A stretch of 64,000 bases of DNA, from the NCBI GenBank assembly GCA_944372245.1, contig CALVYN010000001.1, forward strand, positions 616 to 64,615. The letters are read 5' to 3'. The notes under the pieces were generated by a model. That model searched no databases. It was not told where the DNA came from and saw only the letters and a program-made list of their open reading frames with translations. Shown one piece after another: positions 55,954 to 64,000 of the stretch. A program made the position numbers and the translations under genes. The first letter of the stretch is position 1; each line of letters starts with the position of its first letter. This stretch comes from an uncultured Bacilli bacterium (GTDB lineage Bacteria > Bacillota_I > Bacilli_A > RFN20 > CAG-288).

Positions 55954-55956
55954 TAA

Positions 55957-57564
55957 CTACTTCTTCTCAGGCTCGCCGTCAATCAGGACCTCGAGCCAGG
56001 CAATTTCCTCATCCTTCTTCAATCTAGGGAAGAGAGGAACAGGATCGTTGACCGCGATGCCCGCGAGAGCATTCCGCTCGCTGAGGGTGGAGAAGTCGCG
56101 ATACTGGGCGGGGACATTCAGCTCGTCGAGAGCGGCGCTCGCCTTGGTGACCAAGAAGGGCGACAGGAGCAGAGAGGAGATGCGGATGGCGTGCGCCAGA
56201 GCGGCCATGGTCTCCTCGACCTTGGCGTTCTCGCCCTCCTTAGCGGCCTTCCAAGGGGCCATGTCATCGATGTACTTGTTGGCGATCAGAGCGATCTGCA
56301 TCGCGTGCTCCGCACCGGAGGTCACATCGAAGCGGTCCATCGCATCCATGTAGTTCTTCACCGCCAGATCGATATCGGCGAAGAGCTTCTGGGTGAAGGG
56401 GTCGTTCTCGGTGACAGCGGGGATCTTGCCGCCGCAGTACTTCCCGATCATGTTGATGGTGCGGTTGATCAGGTTGCCGTAGCCATTGGCCAGCTCGGTG
56501 TTGATGAGATTGACAAAGAGCGAGGGGGTGAACATGCCATCCTCGCCGAAGCGCACCGCGCGGGCCAGATAGTACCTGAGCGAGTCCAGACCGTAGCGGT
56601 CAATCAGAGGCTTGGGCTGAGGAGCGTTGCCCAGACTCTTGGAGAGCTTGACGCCAGAGCGGGTCAGAAGCAGGCCGTGGACCAGGATCTTGTCGGGCAG
56701 CCTGAGGCCCAGAGCCAGCAGCAGGATGGTCCAGTAGATGGTGTGGAAGCGATTGATCTCGCGACCGACCAGCTGGACGATCTCGCAGTCGGGACCCCAG
56801 AACTTCTCGAAGCGGCTCTGGTCATCGCTCAGATAGCCCAGGGCGGAGATGTAGTTGAGCAGCGCATCGATCCAGACGTAGATGATGTGCTTAGGATCCT
56901 CATCGATGGGGATACCCCAGGAGAAGGAGGTGCGGGTGATGCACAGGTCCTCCAGGCCGGGCTTGATGAAGGTGTTGATCATCTCGTTGAGCTTGCCGCC
57001 GGGGACGAAGTCGGGGTGCTCCTCGTAGAACTTGAGCAGCTGGGGCACATACTTCTTGCAGTTGAGGAAGTAGGCCTCCTCCGACTCCATGTGGCAGGGG
57101 CGGTTGCAGGAGGGGCAGAGGTTGCCGGGCTGGACCAGCTGCGAGGGAGTGAAGAAGGACTCGCAGGGGGTGCAGTACCAGCCGCTGTACTCTCCCTTGT
57201 AGACATCTCCCTGCTCCAGGAGCCGGGTGAAGACCTTCTTGACCACCGCCACATGGCGGGGCTGGGTGGTGCGGATGAAGTCATCGTAGTCGATGTGCAT
57301 CAGCTTCCAGACGTCCTGGAAGGTCTTGGCGATGCCGTCGACATATTCCTGCGGGGTCTTGCCCGCCTCTCTCGCCTTCTCCTCGATCTTCTGGCCGTGC
57401 TCGTCATCGCCAGTCAGAAAGAACACATCGCGGCCCTTCAGCTTCTCGTAGCGGGCGATGCTATCCGCAATCGAAGTGGTGTAGGCATGCCCGATGTGAG
57501 GCATACCCGAGGTGTAGTAGATCGGTGTCGTCACATAGAAGTATCTCTTCTTATTTTCAGCCAT
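55957..57564 (-). CDS. metG: Methionyl-tRNA synthetase (short form, no C-terminal Trbp111 domain)
   Basis: HIGH motif (MPHIGHAYT), KMSKS-like KLSKS, and a zinc knuckle CTPCESF...CPSC. 535 aa. Confidence 0.93.
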   Translation of the reverse strand: MAENKKRYFYVTTPIYYTSGMPHIGHAYTTSIADSIARYEKLKGRDVFFLTGDDEHGQKIEEKAREAGKTPQEYVDGIAKTFQDVWKLMHIDYDDFIRTTQPRHVAVVKKVFTRLLEQGDVYKGEYSGWYCTPCESFFTPSQLVQPGNLCPSCNRPCHMESEEAYFLNCKKYVPQLLKFYEEHPDFVPGGKLNEMINTFIKPGLEDLCITRTSFSWGIPIDEDPKHIIYVWIDALLNYISALGYLSDDQSRFEKFWGPDCEIVQLVGREINRFHTIYWTILLLALGLRLPDKILVHGLLLTRSGVKLSKSLGNAPQPKPLIDRYGLDSLRYYLARAVRFGEDGMFTPSLFVNLINTELANGYGNLINRTINMIGKYCGGKIPAVTENDPFTQKLFADIDLAVKNYMDAMDRFDVTSGAEHAMQIALIANKYIDDMAPWKAAKEGENAKVEETMAALAHAIRISSLLLSPFLVTKASAALDELNVPAQYRDFSTLSERNALAGIAVNDPVPLFPRLKKDEEIAWLEVLIDGEPEKK

Positions 57565-57600
57565 CTCAAAAGACCTCCACGTATCTCAAAGCAGCCCTAA

Positions 57601-57630
57601 ATTATATCTTTCACCCCTAGTCTCACCCAA
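57601..57630 (-). promoter_or_regulatory. Candidate promoter for metG
   Basis: Minus strand reads TTGGGT, an 18-nt spacer, then TATAAT (-10 = 57601-57606). It lies about 35 nt upstream of the ATG. Confidence 0.5.
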
Positions 57631-57636
57631 GGGGAA

Positions 57637-57662
57637 CACAAAAAGCGCACCGTCCGGTGCGC
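57637..57662 (-). terminator. Rho-independent terminator after rpmE
   Basis: GCGCACC-GGAC-GGTGCGC on the minus strand, followed by TTTTTGTG. Confidence 0.8.
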
Positions 57663-57683
57663 CCTATGTCTGTTATCCGCTGA

Positions 57684-57893
57684 CTACTTGCTGGTCTTGT
57701 TCAGCTTCTTGTTGAAGGCCTCGATGCGTCCAGCCTTGGCGTTCAGGTTCAGCTTGCCGGTGTAGAAGGAGTGGCAGTTGGAGCAGGTATCGACAAGGAT
57801 GCTGGGCTTGGTGGAGCCGACGGTGAAGGTGTTGCCACAGGTGGAGCAGGTGACGGTGGCCTGGTAGTACTTGGGATGGATTCCGTTCTTCAT
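57684..57893 (-). CDS. rpmE: 50S ribosomal protein L31, zinc-binding type A
   Basis: MKNGIHPKYY start and two CxxC pairs (CSTC, CSNC). 69 aa from ATG 57893. Confidence 0.9.
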   Translation of the reverse strand: MKNGIHPKYYQATVTCSTCGNTFTVGSTKPSILVDTCSNCHSFYTGKLNLNAKAGRIEAFNKKLNKTSK

Positions 57894-57946
57894 TTCAGTT
57901 AAGGGTCCTCTCTCTGGTCCGTTTCCAACGGAACGCAGCACTCTGC

Positions 57947-57976
57947 ATTATATATCAAAGATATGCCGACATTCAA
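57947..57976 (-). promoter_or_regulatory. Candidate promoter for rpmE
   Basis: Minus strand reads TTGAAT, an 18-nt spacer, then TATAAT. Confidence 0.5.
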
Positions 57977-58102
57977 AGGGGTATTTGCGAGGTCATCCGA
58001 AATTCAGAGTAGATAGGCGGCTCAGGAATTCAAGGTGAATAACAAGGAAAACTTATAGCCAATATTTAGGGTTGTTAGATTGAACTAAAGACCTCCAAGA
58101 GA

Positions 58103-58130
58103 CCAAAAAGAGCACCCTTTCGGGTGCTCT
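58103..58130 (-). terminator. Rho-independent terminator after groEL
   Basis: AGAGCACCC-GAAA-GGGTGCTCT on the minus strand, followed by TTTTGG. Confidence 0.8.
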
Positions 58131-58149
58131 CTCAAACCTTTAAACCGGT

Positions 58150-59790
<1,641 letters not shown>

Positions 59791-59812
59791 CTATCTCTAT
59801 AGGTGCGTGAGC

Positions 59813-60091
59813 TTACTCGACGATGGCGATGATGTCCTCGTTCCTCAGGACGAGATAGTGGTGGTCGCCCTGCTTGTACTCGGTCGCGGAGTACTTCTTG
59901 AAGAGGACCTTGTCGCCGACCTTCACATCGACGGGCAGATCGTGACCCTCCTCATCCTTGGTGCCGGGGCCGACGGCCACGACGGTGGCCACGCCCTCGT
60001 CATTCTCCTTGGTCTTGATGATGAGTCCGCCGACGTTTCTCTCCTCGGGCTCTCCCTCGAGAACCACGTAATCTCTCAAAGGTCTGATCAT
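59813..60091 (-). CDS. groES: Co-chaperonin GroES
   Basis: MIRPLRDYVVLE start. 92 aa. Located immediately upstream of groEL. Confidence 0.95.
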   Translation of the reverse strand: MIRPLRDYVVLEGEPEERNVGGLIIKTKENDEGVATVVAVGPGTKDEEGHDLPVDVKVGDKVLFKKYSATEYKQGDHHYLVLRNEDIIAIVE

Positions 60092-60142
60092 TTTTCTCTC
60101 TTAACCTCCTGGTTAGCGAGCGCTCCTCGCGCGGCAATCGAA

Positions 60143-60170
60143 AGTATATTCAGCAATTTAGCAATGTCAA
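60143..60170 (-). promoter_or_regulatory. Candidate groESL promoter
   Basis: Minus strand reads TTGACA (60170-60165), a 16-nt spacer, then TATACT (60148-60143). Confidence 0.55.
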
Positions 60171-60184
60171 TGCACAAGTGCTAA
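60158..60184 (-). promoter_or_regulatory. CIRCE-like HrcA operator (degenerate right arm)
   Basis: Minus strand reads TTAGCACTT-GTGCATTGA-CATTGCTAA, versus the consensus TTAGCACTC-N9-GAGTGCTAA. The 9-nt spacing and outer TTAGCA/TGCTAA are kept. Confidence 0.7.
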
Positions 60185-60210
60185 TTCAAGATTTCCCAAG
60201 GGTTTTACCC

Positions 60211-60981
60211 CTAGACCGCCGCCTTTTTCGTCACCTTAGTAATAAGGCTATCCGGAGCGATCTTCGCCCCGATCCTGAGGAGGCGATAGGCGAAGCCGGG
60301 GACGATGACAGCCTTGTTTTTAAACCATTTCTTCAGGGCATAATCCGCTACCCGACCCACATCCATCGGTTTGAATTGGAACTTGAGATCACCGGCCTTC
60401 TCAAAGCCGGTCGCCACCGGACCCGGGCAGAGGAGGGAGAGCTCCGCCCGGCTGTGAGCGATCTTCATCTCCCGCTGATATCCCAGGCAGAGGCGGTAGA
60501 TATAGGCCTTTGTGGCGTAGTAGGCCGCCATGTATGGGGCGGCTCCGAAGGCTGCCGCCGAGGCGGTGACTAGGATCCTGCCACCCGTCTTGTCGAAGCG
60601 CCGGAGGTAGGCCTTGATCAGGCGCTGGGTCGCCAGGCAGTTGACCTGGACCATCTGAATCTCCCGCTCGTCGATCCTCTCGTTCCGATAGTCGCCGAAG
60701 CAGCCAAAGCCGGCGTTGGCCACCAGAAGGTTCACCTCCTGGCAGGCGGGAGCCTCGATGAGCCTAGTGACATCCTCCATTCGGCTGAGGTCGGCTACGA
60801 CATAGTCGGTGCGGTCGGGATAAGCTGCGCGGAGCTTGGCAAAATTCCCCTCGTGGCGCGAGGCGCCCACGACGAAGCAGCCCCGGGCCAAAAGCCGCTC
60901 GGCCACCGCCAGCCCGATGCCCGACGAGGCACCGGTGACCAGCGCCCTCTGTCCCTTCAGATCCTCTTTCTGTCTCCTCAT
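60211..60981 (-). CDS. Short-chain dehydrogenase/reductase (SDR)
   Basis: ATG 60981 follows GGAGG. TGASSGIG cofactor motif and YxxxK (YYATKAY). 256 aa. The track's 124-aa N-terminal extension is rejected. Confidence 0.8.
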   Translation of the reverse strand: MRRQKEDLKGQRALVTGASSGIGLAVAERLLARGCFVVGASRHEGNFAKLRAAYPDRTDYVVADLSRMEDVTRLIEAPACQEVNLLVANAGFGCFGDYRNERIDEREIQMVQVNCLATQRLIKAYLRRFDKTGGRILVTASAAAFGAAPYMAAYYATKAYIYRLCLGYQREMKIAHSRAELSLLCPGPVATGFEKAGDLKFQFKPMDVGRVADYALKKWFKNKAVIVPGFAYRLLRIGAKIAPDSLITKVTKKAAV

Positions 60982-61035
60982 ATATGAGCCTCCGTTTCCT
61001 CGAAGTTTAGAATAATGGCCAGGAGGACAGAAAGC

Positions 61036-61380
61036 ATGCCCTATTTCCATATGACGACCAACGTCGCGCTGGATTCGACCACCCACGAGAAGCTCAAGAA
61101 CGCCTTCGGTCAGATCGTCAGCGACATCCCCGGCAAGTCGGAGACCTGGCTCATGGTCGGCTTCACCGCCGAGAGCGGAGCGCTCTACTTCGCCGGTTCC
61201 GATGCCCCCTGCGCCATGGTGGAGATTTCCTCCTACGGCAGGATCCCCACGGCGGCCTTCGACCCGCTGACTAGGGATGTCACCGAGGCCATCGTCAAAA
61301 ACACCGCCATCCCCGCCGATAGGATCTACGTCAAATACGCCGAGGTCGCCCACTGGGGCCTCGGCGGCGAAAACTTCTAA
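61036..61380 (+). CDS. MIF / tautomerase-superfamily protein (Pro-1 type), copy 1
   Basis: Starts MPYFHM (Pro after the initiator Met). 114 aa with MIF-like length and a beta-alpha-beta pattern. Confidence 0.55.
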   Translation: MPYFHMTTNVALDSTTHEKLKNAFGQIVSDIPGKSETWLMVGFTAESGALYFAGSDAPCAMVEISSYGRIPTAAFDPLTRDVTEAIVKNTAIPADRIYVKYAEVAHWGLGGENF

Positions 61381-61394
61381 AAGGAGAGAGAACT

Positions 61395-61739
61395 ATGCCC
61401 ATGATCGAATTCACCACCACCGAGAAGGTGGACGAGAGCACCGCCAAAGCCATCAAGAGGGCCCTGGGTGGCAACATCTCCATCTTCCCCGGCAAGCCCG
61501 AGGCTCGGGCCATGGTCGTGATCCACGACCAGACCCCGATCTTCTTCGGAGGCGAGCCCGGCCCCGCCGCGCTGGTCTCTGTCGCTCTGGTGGGCGAGCA
61601 GCCGACTGCGACCTACGATGAGTACGCCAGAACTGTGATCCAGCAGATCATCCAGATTCTGCCCAATCTGACCAAGGAGCGGTTCTACGTCAAATACCAG
61701 ACCCTGGAACACAAGGCCTGGGGCAAGGACGTCCTCTGA
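61395..61739 (+). CDS. MIF / tautomerase-superfamily protein (Pro-1 type), copy 2
   Basis: Starts MPMIEF. 114 aa. Paralogous to the upstream gene (shared ...RFYVKY / RIYVKY ...W... C-terminal block). AAGGAGAGAG lies upstream. Confidence 0.55.
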   Translation: MPMIEFTTTEKVDESTAKAIKRALGGNISIFPGKPEARAMVVIHDQTPIFFGGEPGPAALVSVALVGEQPTATYDEYARTVIQQIIQILPNLTKERFYVKYQTLEHKAWGKDVL

Positions 61740-61755
61740 TCAGAGACTCGAATAG

Positions 61756-62328
61756 CTACCAGACGAACTCGGTGTTGCGCGTGGCTCCCAGGATTCCCAC
61801 CAGGAACTTGGAGCCATATCTTTTGAGTATGTGCGCGATGATGTATCCCACTACGGGGACCATGATCACCTCGCCCAGAGCCACCCAGCCCATGCAGGCG
61901 TAGAGCGGCGTGGTCTCGCTCATGCCGAAGAGATAGAACAGCTCGAGTCCCACGCCCACGCCGTTGACGATCACCGGCATCAGGCTGGCGAGGAAGAGCT
62001 GCCGGAAGGGAATCATCAAGAGGCAGGCTAGCAGCGTGCAGCCCGTGCCGATGAGAAGGTCCCACCAGCTGGCCAGACCCAGACCTGCACCGAGGATGTT
62101 GGAGAGCAGACAGCCCACGGAGAGGCCCAGCGTATAGGCCGGATTGAAGAAGACCAGGATGTTGAGGATCTCGGAGAGACGGAACTGCAACATCCCATAG
62201 CTCATGTAGAAGGCTGCAGCCGAGAGCACGAAATAGAGTGCTCCGATCGCGGCGTTCCTGGCGATCATGCCGATTGAAAACCAGCTGCGGACGTCATTCC
62301 ATCCGCCTTTCTTACCTGTGTATGCCAT
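61756..62328 (-). CDS. queT: QueT-family queuosine-precursor transporter (COG4708)
   Basis: ATG 62328 follows AGGGGG. The GALYFVLSAAAFYMSYGMLQFRLSEILNILVFFNP block is typical of QueT. 190 aa, about 5 TM helices. Confidence 0.7.
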   Translation of the reverse strand: MAYTGKKGGWNDVRSWFSIGMIARNAAIGALYFVLSAAAFYMSYGMLQFRLSEILNILVFFNPAYTLGLSVGCLLSNILGAGLGLASWWDLLIGTGCTLLACLLMIPFRQLFLASLMPVIVNGVGVGLELFYLFGMSETTPLYACMGWVALGEVIMVPVVGYIIAHILKRYGSKFLVGILGATRNTEFVW

Positions 62329-62333
62329 GAGGC

Positions 62334-62378
62334 ACCCCCTGTTATTTTGTAGAGCGCGGTTGCATGGGTAGACGCGCT
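62334..62378 (-). promoter_or_regulatory. Candidate preQ1-I-like riboswitch aptamer overlapping the queT SD
   Basis: Minus strand reads AGCGCG-UCUACCCAUGCAAC-CGCGCU-CUACAAAAUAACAGGGGG. This is a P1 hairpin plus an A-rich tail resembling B. subtilis CCCUCUAUAAAAAACUAAGG. Loop CCC can pair with the SD GGG (P2). Confidence 0.45.
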
Positions 62379-62484
62379 TCAAACGGGTGAGATTTTAACA
62401 GGTAAAATCTCGGGTGCGAGATACAACCTTTAAATAACTTGAGAGAATTGAAACTGGAGTATTCTTAATAGATTGATAGACATA

Positions 62485-62515
62485 ATAAAAAGAACCGGCT
62501 GAGCCGGTCCTTTTC
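62485..62515. terminator. Weak hairpin terminator after the GntR-family gene
   Basis: A short GC stem ACCGG-CTGAG-CCGGT, flanked by an A-run and a T-run. Confidence 0.4.
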
Positions 62516-62540
62516 GTGTCTACGCTCTAGGCGAGGGGAC

Positions 62541-63191
62541 TTACTCCTCCTCTCCCTCCCTGAGGACACCGTAGACCAGGAAGGAGGTGACGCGGTCGAA
62601 GGTGTCGCCGTCCTTGCCGACGAACAGAATCCTGTCACCGACGTGCAGGACGAAGTCGGGGCCGACAGAGGTCTTGGCAATGCCATCGGAGCCGATGACC
62701 GCCACGATGGTGGCCTCGGTGTAGTTCCAGAAGTAGACCTCGCCGACGGTCTTGCCATCGAGCCAGCAGCCCTCGGGCACGACGACCTCGCTGAACTTGA
62801 CCGCCTCGGTGGTCTGATAGCGGAAGGAGTCGTTCATGTCGGCGATAGCCGCGTCGATCTTCAGATCGAGAGCCTTCTTCTCCTCGAGCAGGTTCTCCAG
62901 CTCCTGGTACTTAGCCTGGATGCGAGTCTCGCTGCGCCAGCGGGCCGCGAACTGCTGCGCGTGCAGGACGGACTCGACGAAGACGCCGACGCCCCTCTTG
63001 GAGCTGACGACCTTCTCCTTCTCCAGCAGGTTCAGAGCCTTTCTGACGGTCTCGGGAGAGACGCCATAGGAAGCGCCGAGGATCGAGCGACCCTTCAGGA
63101 GGGTGCCCTCCTTATACTCGCCGGTCAAAATCTTTCCACAGATATCCTGGGCGATTTTTAGGTACCTGGGAGTTCCTCTTTCTCTACTCAT
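62541..63191 (-). CDS. GntR-family transcriptional regulator with a C-terminal TrkA-C (RCK_C) domain
   Basis: N-terminal winged HTH (PRYLKIAQDI...LGASYGVSPETVRKALNLLEKEKVV). The C-terminus DGKTVGEV...ATIVAVIGSDG...GDRILFVG is TrkA-C-like. Confidence 0.8.
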   Translation of the reverse strand: MSRERGTPRYLKIAQDICGKILTGEYKEGTLLKGRSILGASYGVSPETVRKALNLLEKEKVVSSKRGVGVFVESVLHAQQFAARWRSETRIQAKYQELENLLEEKKALDLKIDAAIADMNDSFRYQTTEAVKFSEVVVPEGCWLDGKTVGEVYFWNYTEATIVAVIGSDGIAKTSVGPDFVLHVGDRILFVGKDGDTFDRVTSFLVYGVLREGEEE

Positions 63192-63339
63192 AAATTACCT
63201 CCTTCAAAGGCTTATTCAATCTAGCACACTAAATACTAGAAAGACAATAGTCAATTAGCAAAATCAACTAAAGCACCCCAATTTCAATTTTAAGTTGGTT
63301 TTAAGACAACCTCACTTTGAATGAAAGATTTTTGCGCCG

Positions 63340-63357
63340 TGTTTTCCGCGGAAAACA
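63340..63357. promoter_or_regulatory. 18-bp perfect palindrome, a candidate operator
   Basis: TGTTTTCCGCGGAAAACA lies in the divergent intergenic region between the GntR/TrkA-C gene and the next plus-strand gene. Confidence 0.4.
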
Positions 63358-63450
63358 GCCGGGTAAATTCGGGGTGAATCCACAGCGAGAAAAATCTTGT
63401 TTCTTCTTATATAATATCCCGGCGCAAATAAGGACGCCTGATATCGAAAA

Positions 63451-64000
63451 ATGCCTACTTGGAAATATCTGCTCAAATCCCTATACAGCAACCAGACCAT
63501 CATCGATGGGCGTAAGAGGCCTTTCTACTGGGCTCTGATGTTCTTCGTTCTCTCCATCTTTTTGATGTTCGTCGTGCCCCTGGCCCAGGGCTACCAGAAC
63601 GACGGCCGAGCCATCATCCAGCCCCAGTCCGACCAGGGCCTCAGCATAGCCCTGCACCAGCTCTCCCAGGATGAGAGGTTCCAGAGCCTCTACATCGAGG
63701 ATGGCGTGCTCAAGGACCACAGCCTCGCGGATCAACCCAACTTCGCCCGCGAGCCCGCACCCGGTGAGACCAACTTCTTCACCCAGACCAACCTGGCCAA
63801 CGCAGTGGTCGGCACCGGCTCGGGTCAGGTCTCCTGGACCGCTCCGGTCGACACCTCCTACCAGTTCATGAGCGAGATCACCGATGACGCCGGCAAAACC
63901 TACAACGTGCCCCTGCTGCGCGTCTTCTCCACCAGCCTCGATTCCAACGCCTCCCGCGAGGATCTCGAGGAGCTCAACGACCTGATGAACGCGAAGATCT
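63451..64000 (+). CDS. 5' part of a membrane protein of unknown function; continues beyond the window
   Basis: ATG 63451 opens a frame with no stop through position 64000. It reads MPTWKYLLKSLYSNQTIIDGRKRPFYWALMFFVLSIFLMFVVPL (one TM) followed by a GC3-rich soluble region. It is not in the ORF track because it has no stop. Confidence 0.6.
   Translation, partial: MPTWKYLLKSLYSNQTIIDGRKRPFYWALMFFVLSIFLMFVVPLAQGYQNDGRAIIQPQSDQGLSIALHQLSQDERFQSLYIEDGVLKDHSLADQPNFAREPAPGETNFFTQTNLANAVVGTGSGQVSWTAPVDTSYQFMSEITDDAGKTYNVPLLRVFSTSLDSNASREDLEELNDLMNAKI

Larger units (their letters stand above)
53930..55956 (+). other. AT-rich, apparently horizontally acquired island carrying an ATPase + Toprim/RloB-like gene pair
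   Basis: Composition drops sharply relative to flanking genes, with AGA/AAA/TTA/AAT-type codons versus CGC/AAG/CTG/AAC. The island ends 3 bp from the convergent metG stop with no terminator. No integrase or flanking repeats seen. Confidence 0.7.

Noticed and set aside
60982-61353. 124-aa N-terminal extension of the SDR ORF.
   Set aside because: It is Gly/Asp/Val-rich low complexity and antisense to the MIF-like gene. ATG 60981 has GGAGG and starts just before the TGASSGIG motif.

Overview
This is a 64-kb chromosomal window from a GC-rich bacterium (roughly 60% G+C judged by eye, not computed). It uses the standard genetic code: TGA serves as a stop codon and RF2 is present. Gene order looks Bacillota/Mollicutes-like: secA-prfB, secG-rnr-smpB, S4-tilS, and groES-groEL with a CIRCE operator. 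That lineage assignment is inference only.

Most of the window is tightly packed housekeeping:
- SRP RNA, tadA, glf-thiN, and secA-prfB (with the classic +1 frameshift)-yitT
- a giant YfhO-type membrane protein, degV, pmbA/tldD, a Nudix hydrolase and an aldose epimerase
- tilS, pepC, pyrG, dus-cca, metG, rpmE, groESL and queT

Three accessory themes stand out:
1. A visibly AT-rich island of about 2 kb (about 53.9-55.96 kb) is wedged 3 bp from the metG stop codon. It carries an ABC/AAA-type ATPase followed in the same frame by an RloB/Toprim-like gene. This resembles OLD / AbiL / PARIS-type defence architecture. The Toprim gene is interrupted by a single in-frame TGA exactly where the family's EG(E)xTE motif expects Gly.
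2. A lipoprotein-rich nucleic-acid scavenging theme includes a 12.5-kb minus-strand operon (33.0-45.5 kb). The operon holds an MsmX-like ATPase, two permeases (one with an N-terminal extension of about 450 aa), three tandem paralogous binding lipoproteins, a thermonuclease lipoprotein and an OB/Big_2 lipoprotein. A divergent 5'-nucleotidase lipoprotein, a barnase-like RNase lipoprotein (21.4 kb) and another OB/Big_2 lipoprotein (48.8 kb) belong to the same theme.
3. Near the window centre there is an unexplained cluster: two translationally coupled RDD-family membrane proteins, an orphan ImmA/IrrE-type metallopeptidase and a zinc-ribbon membrane protein.

Candidate RNA and regulatory elements are a preQ1-I-like leader upstream of queT, an orphan plus-strand terminator in an AT-rich gap (14.1-14.25 kb), an 18-bp perfect palindrome next to a GntR/TrkA-C regulator, and a groESL promoter embedded in CIRCE.

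I recognised no rRNA, tRNA, CRISPR array, transposase or integrase. The many long antisense ORFs in the track are GC-composition artefacts.
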